DNA from: Lama guanicoe
Taxonomy: Eukaryota
Direction: 5' to 3'
NCBI GenBank assembly: GCA_013239625.1
Contig: MU053557.1
Location: 5,095,842-5,159,841, forward strand
Length of the DNA: 64,000 bases
Part shown: positions 49,558 through 62,134 of the stretch, piece by piece
Layout of the letters: every line of letters starts with the position of its first letter
How positions within the stretch are numbered: the first letter of the stretch is position 1
Notes under the pieces: generated by a model
Seen by the model: the letters and a program-made list of their open reading frames with translations, nothing else
Told to the model about the DNA's origin: nothing
Database searches by the model: none
Translations under genes and position numbers: made by a program

Positions 49558-49755
49558 GAAGTGGCTAACAGCATGGACTTTGCAGCCAGGCAGACCCAGA
49601 TTGGAATCTTGGCCTTCGTCACTGGGCAGGTGATCTTGGGCCTCTCTGAACCTTGGTTTCTTTGTCTGTGAAGTGGGTGGGGATACTCATTTCCGTTGCC
49701 ACAAATGAGACAGCACAATGCCTGACAACACGTAGTAAGAACACAATCAATGGGC
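49558..49755 (+). mobile_element. MIR SINE
   Basis: gtggctaacagcatggactttgcagccaggcagacc...cctctctgaaccttggtttctttgtctgtgaagtggg. Confidence 0.7.
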
Positions 49756-50774
49756 CCTTCCTTTTTCGTTTATAATTTGACGATAGAACGTGGCTGTTCA
49801 AATGACTCATAAATCATTATCATTAAGAAAAATTCCCCCCTCGTTTATCTTTTAGTGCCAAGTATTTATAGAAAGACTGCTGTGTATTTGGTCTTGCCCT
49901 CTAATCTGCCTCTCCTGAGATCCCAGTCCCACTTCCTCACACACAGGGTCCTCTAGTGGTGCCACTAGAGTGGTCCAAGTGTGTTGGTGGAGCCCTCTGT
50001 GGGTTTGCATTGTGACTATCAAGGGCTTGTGGCACCCCCAGTGCAGGTTGCCACTAAATGATACCAGAGTATAGAATCTTTTGCTGACCCTCCCCCTTAA
50101 TCTGTGAGGTTAGCTCCCCAAGGGGCTGGGCTGAGCTGGGCTCAGAGCGCAGGTAAGCCAAGAACCGAGCCTGACACCCATTCTTGCGAGGAAGATGCCC
50201 CAGGGGCAGCAGCCAAGATCCAGAGGCAGGTATCTGCACAGGCGCCTTCCTGTGCACCCTGTCACAGGCGTGGCCTTTTGTCTAACCCCAGCTTCATGCA
50301 TGCTGCTGACTGTCTGCAGAAACTGGAATTTGAGACAGTTGGAGGGGGATGTCTTAGGTAATAGAAAAGATGGAGAAGAACTCAAAGGGTTGGAGTGGAG
50401 ACCATCAAACAGCAGTAAATGTCAGCAAAACGAGTAAGGGAATGAATGAAAAATGAATGAATAAAGGTCTTCTGCCAATAGAAGCAAAATTCCTTCCCAG
50501 GCCTCAGAAGCAGAGTAGTAACCCCCTGGGCTGAAGACTTACTAATTTTATTAGGTGGCTAGAGTAGAAAAGAGACATCACTAGAAAACCACAAGGTTAA
50601 GCTCAGTGATTTCTCAAACTTTTTAAAATTTTACCCGAACATGCATATTAAGAGAACATAGGTTGGCTTCCCTATGCATACTCGGTTTATCAGCTGTGGC
50701 ATGGGTAAGAGAGGCTTCAAGGGCCATGGGCCTGCTGGAGATCTTTTCCACCCACATCAGAATGTGAGTATTTA

Positions 50775-51240
50775 ACTGTCAGGATTGTTTGGGTTATAAA
50801 TGAAAGGAAGCTGACTCGAAGTCACCTTCCAAAAAGGAACTTATTGGGTCCTGTAACTGAAAATGTGGGGTTCAGGTTCAGTTGGGTCCAGGAGCTCCAT
50901 CTCTCAACTCTGCTTTGCTTTGTGCGGGCTCCTTTTTTACAAAAGTTCTTCTCAGGCAATGGAAAAAATAGCCACAAGGCCACTGATGGATCAGCTTAGC
51001 AACTGTAATAGGAGGAGAGAATTTCTTTTCCAGTAGCACCAGCTAACATCCCGGGCTGACTCTTGTCTGGACTGGGGACACATGTTCAGCCCTGAGCCAG
51101 TCATGATGTCTGGGAATGTGACTCTCTGCCCAGGACTGGATCATGGGCCCACCTCTAGAGCCAGAGTGTGTATGTGGTTTCAGCATCACTGACCCATGAG
51201 ATCCAGGATGGGACATTATTATTCTCCAGGGAGATGGTGG
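50775..51240 (-). mobile_element. Old MaLR LTR (MLT1J/K-like)
   Basis: gtcaggattgtttgggttataaatga...ttattgggtcctgtaactgaaaa...gttcagttgggtccaggagctc; subfamily uncertain. Confidence 0.45.
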
Positions 51241-51369
51241 AGGGATAAAAACCCCTGTGCCCACTGAACTGCTCCGCTTTACATTACAAACTAAATTGTT
51301 GTCCAGGTTGGAATTTTAAAATGTGATTAGGAACAAATTACCTACCATAGCTTTCACCAGTATCCATAA

Positions 51370-51855
51370 CCACACAGAGGAAACCTGCTGATGTCCAGTG
51401 CTTCCCCCAATAGCTGATATGCTTACCACTCACAATGGCGAGACTGGGGCCAGGTCTAAGCAAGACGTCTGTATTGAGCAGTTTCTTCGACGTAGGGAAA
51501 GATGGATGCTGCTGTGATAACATCCTACCCACAGAGATACTATAATCAATGAGAGGGATCTAAAGGGAGGTTGACATATAGTAATGTAACTGGGCTGTGG
51601 GCATCCTTGTCTCCCAGTCATAACTAAATTTGGAAATAATCTCAGTTTGGATAGAAGGTTCTCTCTGTACAATGGAAGGTTTGATCATCTACCATCTGTG
51701 ATCAATTGGTAATGCCTGTTAAGAGTACTGTGCTGGAGAGTCCAAAGCTATGTTCTGGCTCAGTAGGAAAGAGGCCTAGGATTGATTAGCAGTGTCTGCC
51801 AGGGGCAAAGGCATTGACGATAGTGCTGTGTTTGTCATGTAGTAGCCATTCCTGT
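51370..51855. mobile_element. Probable hAT-Charlie (MER113-like) remnant
   Basis: Ends in gattgattagcagtgtctgccaggggca...tagccattcctg, as I recall for this family's termini. Confidence 0.4.
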
Positions 51856-52029
51856 ACTTTTTTATTTTAAGCTCTCTCACTTTAGACATAAATCAAGAGA
51901 ACAAGTGGAGGAAACCTCAGGGCTCAAAAGAGAAACAAATGCAAAATGGGGCCTTGCCTGGGAAGTACTTTTTGAGAATTCAGAGACTTGTGCTGCTGGC
52001 TTTGTGTCCTTGTGGGAGTCATTTTCCTT

Positions 52030-52560
52030 GTTGAAGTTCACTTTTCTCACCTGCAAATTGGGGCAAGTGATCCAGTCCTGTGGACCAAGCAAGGGTGTTA
52101 TGAGGATCAAATGAAGTAATAAATGTGAGATCATTGTATCATACTTAAAAAAACCTCAGGCAGTTAAGTAACACTCTTTATGGGCCAGGCACTGTACTGA
52201 GTGCTTGACTTATATCCTCATTAAATCTTCAAAATAACTCTATGAAGTAGTTCCTATTGTCATCCTCATTTTATAGAAAGTGGCATTTAGGCACAGATTG
52301 TCACATGCCCAAGATCACATAACTGTGGGAGCAGGGTTCACACCCAGGCAGCCTGCTTCTGGTGTCACTGCTTTGAATCCCTTCATTAGGGTGCCTCTCA
52401 CTATAAACTGTAAAATGCAGTGCACCTGAAAGGGATTACCTACTGAGCCTTGATTGCCTCATCTGTACTTAGGGACGATAATCATACTGCTGTGTAAGAT
52501 TATTGTAGGGAGTAAATGGGATAATGTAAGGGAAGTGCTTGGTAACGTATTAAACACTCA
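52030..52560. mobile_element. Three adjacent MIRs (+, -, +)
   Basis: ttctcacctgcaaattggg (+); tatgggccaggcactgtactgagtgctt...catcctcattttataga...cccaagatcaca (-); gagccttgattgcctcatctgta (+). Confidence 0.7.
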
Positions 52561-55500
52561 GTATGGGTGATGGGGGAGCATGTGGGCAGAAGTTAAAGGG
52601 ACTTGAAGTGGTGGACATGGGCTGGCCTCCTCAGGACTGGGTAAGGGACCAGGACCTTTCTTTCTGCAACATCTTTTATTATGATCCCCCATCAGCTCTG
52701 AGCAAATTCTTCCCTCCCTGGTGAAAGCTACCCTGTCTCACCCTCAGCCCCTAGACTTTGGACTCAGTAACCCCTCTGGGTGTGCCTCTCACCTCACATG
52801 CCTCTGCCAGCTCTTTCCCACTGCAGACAGCCCGCCGGCAGCTGTGCTCCCTGTCCGTGGTGCGCAGCCCCAAACCGGCCAGATCCAGGGTGAGCTGGTC
52901 TGCAGCTTGCATTTTCTGGGGGCCTTTGAGGCTTGAAAATTATAATGGAGCACAACCGGAAGAGATTCTGATTCTGGGTGGAGGCACCTGAAAGTGCATG
53001 TGTGCCCTTGTTTTTGGACCTGATGAAATCAACAAAGAAACGAGTGACAAAGCTTATTGAAGATTTGCCTTCTGTCAGTCACTCTGGGCACATTCCCTTC
53101 TGTTGGGAGTAGGTCTCAGTGACCCCACCTGTGCACTGGGGCCTGGCAATCTATGGGCAATGTGTGACCTAACTCCCCTCGGAGCCACCCCACTTTCAAC
53201 CCTTGGGGCAGCTGAGAGACCCTCCAAGATCCCCCAGAACTCTTGTGCAAGAGTTTCTAGAGATGACCCCCGTCTCTGGAGGTGTGCACGGGCTCCAGAG
53301 CCTGCCTGCTTGGTTTGGGGCTGTGAGCCGATGCAGTACAGGGTCTCCTGGTGCTGTGATTCTGTGGTTACATTGCCTGGAGAGGCTACTCTTTTATAGC
53401 AAAAGTCAGTTTCTGCAGAATGGGTGGTAATTAGTGAATAATAGAGCTGGAAGGGAGTTTACTGTTTTCACTGTAGGACTGCTTTTTTTCCCCTCTGCTG
53501 ATTGCTTTGAACCAAAGACCCAAAGCGTAGAGGAGACAGGAGAGTTCCTGTCATTGGCCTGCTGTCCGGCAGCCCCTTTCCCCCAGTTTTATAGCCTTTA
53601 TGGATTAAGATAATGAAGGACCGTATCCCAGTGCCTTGTGGTTTTCTGTTTAAATATAAAAGGATGTATCTATAAAAGTTTCATTCATTCAACAAACATG
53701 GGGTGAACGAGCACCTGCTGGCACCAGAGGATCCCAGGACACACATCATAATCCCCTGGCCTTGGGCTTGAAACCACAGAGGGGCGTAAGCGGAGCAGAT
53801 GGTTTCTAGGGCATGACTTGGAAGGGTAGGGTTTTGAAGAGAACAAAGGCACCTTACTAGGGAAAGTGGGAGCGGGTGGAGTGGTGAAAGGTAGAACATC
53901 ATGTACAAAGGTGCTGGGGTGGGACCATTCAGGGTGTTTGGAGTAAAGGGTAGGGAGGGGCAGGGCAGGAGCCTGTAAAATGGGAATTAGCAAGTAGGCC
54001 TGGCGTGGAGAGTCCTTCCAGGTCTCCCGAGGGAGATTTCTGACCCATCAGGGATGGGATAGGGGCAGGAGGAGGCAGAATTCCTCCTTGTGGCCTCTCA
54101 GATGTGGGGTCCCCACCCCTTCACAACTCACATCAGCTCCCCAGAGGGAGGGTCAAAGAAAGGCCAAGATCACCTCCCAGAATGAATTAATTCCACTTTG
54201 GGGATGGAGTGGGGATGGGGCTAGGAGCCTGAGTACCCTTTAAGGAGCGCGATGTCATGGCGACACCGGACCTGGCTGGCTGGGGTCCACCCCTGGCGGC
54301 TGCTCTCCTTTTGCCTCTTACTTACCACCTTTGTGACTGAGTTTTCCCGTCTGCAAAGTGGGATACTAATTTCTACCTTGAAGATTGATGTGAGGTTTAA
54401 AGAATATGCTAAGAAAGATTAAGAACCAGAACGGAACACAGACTTGGTACACAGTCACATTGATTAGTTAAAGTGGTCTGCATTCTTGGGTGCTTGGTTT
54501 GCCTTTGCAGTTTGCACTGCCAGCCTCTGTGTAAATCCCAGCAAAGAGGAAATCACTGCCTTCACTGGAACATTCTTCCTTGTATGGAAAAAAATGTGAC
54601 TTTTGCCCATTGGTATCTTGGCTCTGCCCTTGGAATCCCCCAAAAAGAAGTTCATATGTCTTCTCCTAGACCTTCAGAGATGCGCAGATAAAATGACAGT
54701 GACCACAGCCTTGGAACCAGATATCCAATCAGACACAAGACAGAGCCCAGATCACTGGGTTTGGTGGTGGGTGTGCCTCCATCCCTCCAGTCCCTCCTGC
54801 CCTCGGGGTTGCTGGTCGGTGGACACAGCCCCTGCCCCCCACCCCACCCTGCAAACAGCCTGTGGGGGCAGCTGCTGTTGCCTGCTCTTTCCTCTTTGTT
54901 TTCCTAAGAACTGGGTGGAGAAGGTGGGGAAGCTCTTCCTGGGCAGGAGAGTGGTTTCTGCTTGCCAGGAGTAGCCCCTGACTCATAGGAGACATTTTCC
55001 TGTCAGAAGGGAGAGGTGGTTCTATCAGCAAGTCCCAGGGGAAAGACGGAAGGAAGCTGGTTCATCAGAACATCCTCTAGACAGATCCCACCACGCTATT
55101 AGTAATAGCATAGTAGCCCCTTGTTTGAAAGAATGCCCCTGCACTACCTCACTTGGCATCCATGCAACAAATGTCTGTGGGGAGGGCAAATCACAGCCCG
55201 GTTTCCTTATGCTTCAGACTCACCTCATCCCGCAGCCTCCACCTCCTGGAATCTGGCCTGTGGTTGCCAAAATCATTATCAGAGACCAAGACACGGTTGC
55301 TCCCTAGGCGTGCCTCCTTCAGAGCCCACTGACTCTTATTTAAGATCGAGCCCTTAGCTTTGAAATCTGGTTGACCAATCCGCTGCAGATTAGAAATGGT
55401 ACCTAAACAGAGAGGAGCAGAACTTCTTGAGGACAGCGGACTCCCAGCAGGAAGACGAGGACCCAGCTGCCGAGAGGACGTCTTGACTTTGAAGGGCAGA

Positions 55501-55598
55501 GACTGGCAGCTCTGACAAGCCCAGAGCTGCGAGGGGAGGGGCAGCCTGTGTCAGAGCGAAGGACCACCTTGAGAGGGTTGTGGTGAAGATGACAGTCC

Positions 55599-55812
55599 CA
55601 GGATGGTCACCAAACTAAGGCTCTGAGGGCCACGTCCAAGCAGTGCCTGTTTTTGCAAAAGAAGTTCTCTTGGAACCCAGCTGTGCCTGTTTGTTCACAT
55701 GTTTGCGGCTGCTTTCACACTACAAGCCCAGGGCTGAGGAGTTCGTTTTATGGCTCAGAAACCTGGAATAGTTACTGTCTGGCCCTTTACAGAAAAAGTT
55801 TGCCAACCGCTG
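55599..55812. mobile_element. MER58A-like hAT-Charlie MITE
   Basis: Termini caggatggtcaccaaact and agtttgccaaccgctg; internal ttactgtctggccctttacagaaaaagtttgcc. Confidence 0.85.
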
Positions 55813-56127
55813 ATGATTCGAGCCATCAAGGAAGGGCTAGCATTCAGCCTGTGTTAGAGCGAGACCCGGAGGTGTGAGGTCTCTCGGGGAAGGGCTTCCA
55901 GGCGGACTGGCTGATGGTGCTGCCACTCACGTGTTGGTGCTATAATGAATGAAAAAGGTTTCAGATTGTCTGCATTTCAGAGAAGGACGTTAGACAGTGT
56001 CAAGTCTGACTCTTACCTCTCCATATGGGGAAACTGAGGCCTGGGGTGGCAAGGGGACTTCCTTGGGAGCATATGGTGGCAGCTCTCGTATCAAACTCAG
56101 GCCAGAGCGTTTTATTCTGGTTTGCTG

Positions 56128-56154
56128 CACACACACACACACACACACACACAC
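56128..56154 (+). repeat. (CA)13 microsatellite
   Basis: Read directly. Confidence 0.95.
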
Positions 56155-57599
56155 CCACAAGGAAAATTCTCTAAGCGGTAAAATGGCACAGAGATATGTT
56201 TGCCTCTTGAGAGCAATTGCTTATTTTGTCTTTCCTGTGTCCATTGCCTTTGCATTAGGAGAAGGGGGGCAAGGATTTTTGCTTTGCCCTATATAAGGAG
56301 GCTGTTGTCCCAGCCAGGTTCATCCCATGGCAACAGGGCTAAAATGGAAACAGGGAGCTCTGTTTAAGGCGAGCTCCCCACATGGCAGCTGCCTCCCGCC
56401 TGCTGCTGATAGAGCATTGTCTGCTGAGCACCTGCCCCTCCTGCTGTAACCAGATTGGAATGCAGGCTCTAGGGGCACGTGCTCCTGGAGCGGGTCCTTC
56501 GTGGGGGCCCTGATCCCCAGTGTGTGCTGCCTGCGCACCCTGCCTTGTGTCCAGGGCCACGGGGAGTTCACCACAGGCAGCTTGATGCGGTTAGAGGGGC
56601 AGTCAGAGACTTTCCTTCTCTAAGCCTCAGTTTCCTCCCCTGGAGAATTGGAGACTTAGAGTCAGTTCTGCCTGAGAGCCCCTTTCATTCTGTTGTTCTG
56701 TAATTCAGGCACCTGTGCCTCCCTTGGCAAGGCTCTGAAACAAAAAGGGTTTTGTTCTTATTCTAGCATGGAGGTTAAATGTCACAGCATAAGCAGTCAA
56801 ATTTCCTGGGTTCCCATTCCAGCTCTACAACTTATTTAGCTGGGTTTCTCCCATAGGAAGTTAGCAAACCTCTCTGGGCCTCAAGTTTCCTCATCTGTGA
56901 AATGGCGCTAAAAGAGAACCACCCCTACGAGGTACCTGCAGCTGTTGTTTGGTTCAAGTGTAAGGAGGAGAGTTACTCTAGATGGCTGTCAAGGTCTTTT
57001 CCTACCTGGGGTCCTGTGGTTCTAAATTCCAGAGCTCCAGCCTCTCAGGCAGGTATCCCCTCTGCCTTGGTGTTGACTGGGGAATTTCCAAAGCACAGGA
57101 CACTCCCCAGCTCTGGAAACCTGATCTAGAGATTAGAGGCCTGGAAAAGGCATTTGAGGAGAAAGGAGCTGTGGGGAGTTTCCAGGGCACTGCAGGCAAA
57201 TGTGAGTCCAGGTGTGGGTGCCACATCCCTGCCAGCCAGCTTCCCCAGGCAGAGCAGTCCAGGAGCAGAACAGCCTCTGAGCAGGATGAGGTCACAGCAT
57301 CATGAGGCCTGGGATGCCATCACTTCAGTCCTACACCTCTGCTTTGTATAGAAGCATCCTTCCCTTGCCTCCTGTTTGGCGATGACTTTTGGAAGGGATG
57401 GGAGAGAGGGAAGGGGTGATTTATTTTAAGCAGTATGATGCAGTGATGAAGAATCTGGCTTTGGAGTCAGACAGCCCTCCACTGGCTGGGGAACCTCACT
57501 GGGCCTCCTCAGTTTACTCCTCTGTAAAAGGGAAATAATAGCAGCTCTCAGGATTGAATGACATAATGCATGTCAAGAGCTCAGCCCATTTTCCCACAC

Positions 57600-58510
57600 A
57601 ACATAAACTCACTCAGTAAAATCTGAAGAGTGCCTACTATGTGCCCATGTGGTTAGAAGCAAGACAGACTCGTCCCCAGCAATCAGGAGCTTCCATTCAA
57701 GGTGGGATGGGCAGATAACAAAATTCATGAACAGAATGAATAAGTTTATTACAGACAGTGATGTGGGTCATGAAGAAATAAGATGCAGCAATGTGATGGA
57801 GAATATGCCAGAGTGGGGAAGGGTGGCCACTTTATAGTAAGTAGTCAGGGAAGGCCTCTCAAAAGAGATGACATTTGGTGTAAGTTTCAGGAAGGAGCCA
57901 GCTGTGCAAAATGGCTTGTGCAAAGGCCCTGGGGCAGTGACTAGTTTTTGATCACTGATGTAAAGAATGCCAGGATGGCGGGGTAGGCATGATGAGCATG
58001 CAAGAAAGAGAGGATGCTGGCCAGGAAGGCAAGGGCCTTTTAAACCATGGATGTTTGGATTTCAACCTAAGCGCAATAGGAGAATCTTTGGAGAGTTTTG
58101 AGTAGGGAGTAGGTGACGTGGTCTGATTTACATTTTTTTAAAGATTATTTTGGCTACTGTGGGAACAACCAGCTTGGGGTGAGATGGGCAAGAAAGGAAG
58201 CGGGAGACCTGTCAGGCAGCATTGTGAAAGTCTAGGTAAGAAATGGTGACAGCTAGTGTGGTGACTGCAGAGATGAAGAGAGGAGTGTGTATTTTGGACA
58301 AGAAGTGGACAGGACTGGCTGATGGATTGAATGTGAGGGTGAAGGAAAGGAACCCCAAGTTCTGCTTCTGAGCAGCTGGGTGAAGGATTTGCCATTAATT
58401 GACACTGGGAAGTCTAAAGAGAAACTGGCTGGGGAACAAATAGAATTCCATTTGCACACAAGGTTGAGATGCCAATAAACCACCGAAGTGGAGATGTCAA
58501 GGAGGCAGGA
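57600..58510 (-). mobile_element. L2 LINE, ~0.9 kb 3' fragment
   Basis: gagtgcctactatgtgcc...aagacagactcgtcccc...gtagtcagggaaggcctctc...tgtgcaaaggccctgggg...tctgatttacatttttttaaagattattttggctactgtg...caggactggctgatggattgaatgtg. Confidence 0.88.
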
Positions 58511-58876
58511 TTTGAAAGGGCCCCTTTGCAGAGCAGTCGATGACACAGCTCATGCATGGAAGGACACAGCTTGCTTTGAGCTGAGGCAGCCTGAGTGCAT
58601 ATCTAGCCGGGGCTTAACCCTCTGCCAGCCCAAAGCTTCTGGATTAGCTTTAAGAGCTTCTCTCACTCACCTAACAGCTTTGCATGACCCACATCCCTCC
58701 CTGAGTCCCCTGATGGGCTCAAAGCTGCCCAAACCCCTCCCCTAGAGGACTCCTAATAGCACACAGGCCGAACCTTGGGCTGTGTTGTGTCATAGCTCAA
58801 ACCAGCTACCCTAAAGAACATTTACAGAGCATGCCAGGCATTGTGTAAAATGCTTTACAGCTGATCTGCTTAGTCC

Positions 58877-59385
58877 CAGGGGATAGAATTTAGAGGTCTG
58901 TGAACTTGGATGGAAAAAACAAAGTTGCATCTTTATTTTTACTAACCTTCAACTGAAATTTAGCATTTCCTCCCCCTTATGAATGTAGGTGACAAACTGT
59001 AAAAGTGTTAGTGGTACCTGTGATTCTGTCACCAATGGAAATCACAGATATTTTCATATCACATTACAGTTATTTCAGATACCTAAAAATATTTATGTTC
59101 ATCACCATTTTGAAATTACTGGTGACGATTACACTTGCTACTAGATCTTATTTCGTATAGTAATGAGGAAGCATGTCGTACTACTTAATATAAATTTACT
59201 CTTTAATATTTTATAATGTATTTTTATATTATTGGTTTCCTTTCTAATCCTATGTTTCATTTTCTGCATTTAAAAACATTTCATTTGTTTTACGGTATGC
59301 ATTCATGAACATTTTGAGAATTTGCAGGCTCCACCAGATTGCCAGTAAAACCCATGCATGACTCAAAAAAGGTCAAAGACTCCTG
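58877..59385. mobile_element. Charlie4a-like hAT transposon, apparently end-to-end, inserted in a MIR
   Basis: cagggg...gaacttggatggaaaaa...catctttatttttactaacc...ctgaaatttagcatttcc...gtcaccaatggaaatcacagatattttcatatcacattacag...aaaaaaggtcaaagactcctg. Confidence 0.8.
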
Positions 59386-59545
59386 CTTCACAAGCATGAT
59401 CTTATCGTTCCCATTTTACAAATAAAGAAGCTAAGGCTCAGAGAGGTTGAGTATCTTGGCCAGGGTCACACAGCTGGTTGAGTGACTGAGCCCAAATTAA
59501 TGCAGATCTTTCTAATCTCAAAGTCCCATCGCTTAACAGTCCCAT
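59386..59545 (-). mobile_element. MIR, right part of the element split by the Charlie insertion (left part ~58805-58876)
   Basis: cccattttacaaataaagaagctaaggctcagagaggttgagtatcttggccagggtcacacagctgg. Confidence 0.75.
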
Positions 59546-61394
59546 TGCCGCCTCCCAAGTAGTAAACCCACAACCAATTTAAACAGAATCCACAGCACAG
59601 AAGCCATTCTTATTTTATCCAAAGAATATTAATAGAGCTTTTACCTTCTAGTCCCTAGCCATGCCCTCATTTTTTTTTTTACAATAGAGGAAGTCTCCCT
59701 TACCAATGAAGTGATTTAACTTTCTGTTATGCCAGATCTTGGAGGGGAAACATAGCTCTGAGAAGAGGCACCACGCCTGGCCTGTGCCTTTGTGTATTTC
59801 CCAGCCATCCCTGCACCCCTAGATGGAGAAGCACACCTCAGCTCGGCTGATTCTCGTGCTGCCTTGTAGGCAGGCAGCCCCTGAGCAAATGAGAAAACTG
59901 AGGCCTCTGGCTGCCAGGTGGCTCTGGTCCCAGAGCTCCAGCCGATGCACTTGTAGTTCTGGCTCTTCCCCCGATGCAACCTTGGCCCTGTTCCAGCATC
60001 ACTTAACTTGGTAGTGTGATCTCAGGCACATTATTTACCATCCTCGGAACTCAGTTTCCTCACCTTTAAAATGGACTGGAGAGTGTCTGCCTGTCTATTT
60101 TGTTGGACAGTATCAATGAAATGACTGTCAAGAGAAGCTCAGCCAGGTTGTGATTATCATGGATCAAAGGTTACCAAGTTCTCCAAGGTCCTCAGGCAGG
60201 GATGGGTGTGAGAGGGTGGGGACGCCCTTGCTGCCTGGGAGGTGAGGCGGGACCATCACCAAGGCCAAGAGCCAAATCTGACCTCGGCGTCCAGCGTCAG
60301 CCACAGCGCAGAGCTTCCTAGGTGATCAGTCAGGGGTAGGGAATGGGGGGCAGATTCCCTGCCTCTGTCCCTTCCTCAGAGCCTCGGCACCAGACTGGTG
60401 GGTTTATTTCATGCACCTCTATATTTAATAAGCAGGACTCATGATGAGGTTTGGTGACCTCAAGGCCCAAATGGACTGTCTGCTGGCATAAGCGGTGCTT
60501 AAGTCACTTCCCAGGGAAGAGTGCTGGGCAGGTTTCCAGGAGCTGAATTTACCCTCTGATTCTCTGCTTTCCTCTTCTCCTCCCCAGCCCCAAGCTCCAT
60601 TTTAGAGTTTCCAACTTCCCTGGCTTCAGGAGGCCATGGACCAAGATACAAAGCAAAACAGTCACTCATTTACCAGGCCTCTCCGTGCCCCTACCTCAGC
60701 AGAGGCTCAGGCTCAGTGTTGGGGGAGACCCCAGAGGACCAAGACACTGACCGAGGCCCTGGGGTTCCTATCTGGCTAGGGGCGCCCATGTGTATGTGCA
60801 CACTGAGGATGCAGGATGCAGGCTCAGTGGCCTAAGTGCCCAGAGAGATGCAGGCAGAATGTGGTAGGGATGGAGAGAGGAGGGACGAATGGGGGCAATC
60901 AGGTCAGGCTCCATGGAGGAGGCAGCATATGAATTGGCCCTTGAAGGAGGAGTTGAAGCACGTATATGATTATATAAAAATAAAAACCTTCAAAGAGTAA
61001 AAAGGACATAAAATAGAAAGTAAATATTCTGATATCTCTTATCCCCAATCACCTCCTTATTCTTGTTCCCCTCAAATTCCCCCAAACTCTTGATACTTTC
61101 TTTTGTGTCTTTCTAGCAATAATTTATGAATATATGAACCATCTGTCTATCTTTCCATCCATCCATCATCATTTAAAAAAATACAAACAGGATCATGTAA
61201 CGCTGACTCCCTTTTTCTTATAGCCCAGCTTGGTGACCTTCCCACAGTAGGGCCCATGGGGGCGGGTGGCTCTGACTCACAGCGTGAGAACCCTGATGGT
61301 CCTTGCAGGTGTCTGGAAGGGCGTGGGCAAGATGAGAAACCCCACAGTACGTATGAAGAGCTCTGGCAGGGGCGTGAGGGAAGCAGTGTTGCTG

Positions 61395-61570
61395 CAGGGT
61401 TAAGAGCCCTGCCTGACTTTTGAATTCAGAAGATCTGAAGTCAAATCCCAGTTCCAGCACTTTCTAGCTGTGTGACCCTGGGCCAGTTTCTTCACTTGTC
61501 TGAGTTTCAGTTTCCCCACCTTTCCAGTGGCATTAATAACACCTCCCTTTGGGACTGTTTGGGGACTTGC
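61395..61570 (+). mobile_element. MIR SINE
   Basis: ggttaagagc...tcaaatcccagttccagcactttctagctgtgtgaccctgggc...tctgagtttcagtttcccca. Confidence 0.8.
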
Positions 61571-62019
61571 TGGGAGAGAGGTACCCAAGAAACAAGAGCA
61601 GCTGCCTGTTTTTGCTGCCATCACTGCTGTGTGTCAGCCAGGACAGGGGGCAGCTGAGCCTTGACAGGTAGGGCCAGGTGCACATGCGATGTTTCTGGAG
61701 TGATATTTGGAGAGAGGAGGACCAGCCTCTGAAGCTCTGAATCTTAATCGATCTGAAGCCTTAAAATAGCCTGGAAGTGCAAGAACAACAATAAATAAAT
61801 GGGTTCCGGATGCTTTTAAATCTTGGCATTTCCTGATCTCAGCTCAGCTGGTCCAGACAGCTTCATCAGCGTTTACTGCCGAGGCCGGCGGCGCGCGCCT
61901 CCCCTGGCTGTTGCCCAAAGCTGCTTTCAAGAAAATCTGATCTAGAAACGTTTGGATCTCTGGCGCCGGGCCTGCAGGTCACCGATGGAGGTTGAGGGTC
62001 AGGCAGCCCTGGGGTTTGT

Positions 62020-62048
<29 letters not shown>
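62020..62048 (+). repeat. (TG)14 microsatellite
   Basis: Read directly. Confidence 0.95.
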
Positions 62049-62052
<4 letters not shown>

Positions 62053-62134
62053 GTTAAAGCCTGGGGGATAAGGTGAGAGGGAAAGTGAGACTTCCTTGGA
62101 TGAGGAGGTGAGATGGTTACCAGGGAATGGGGTT

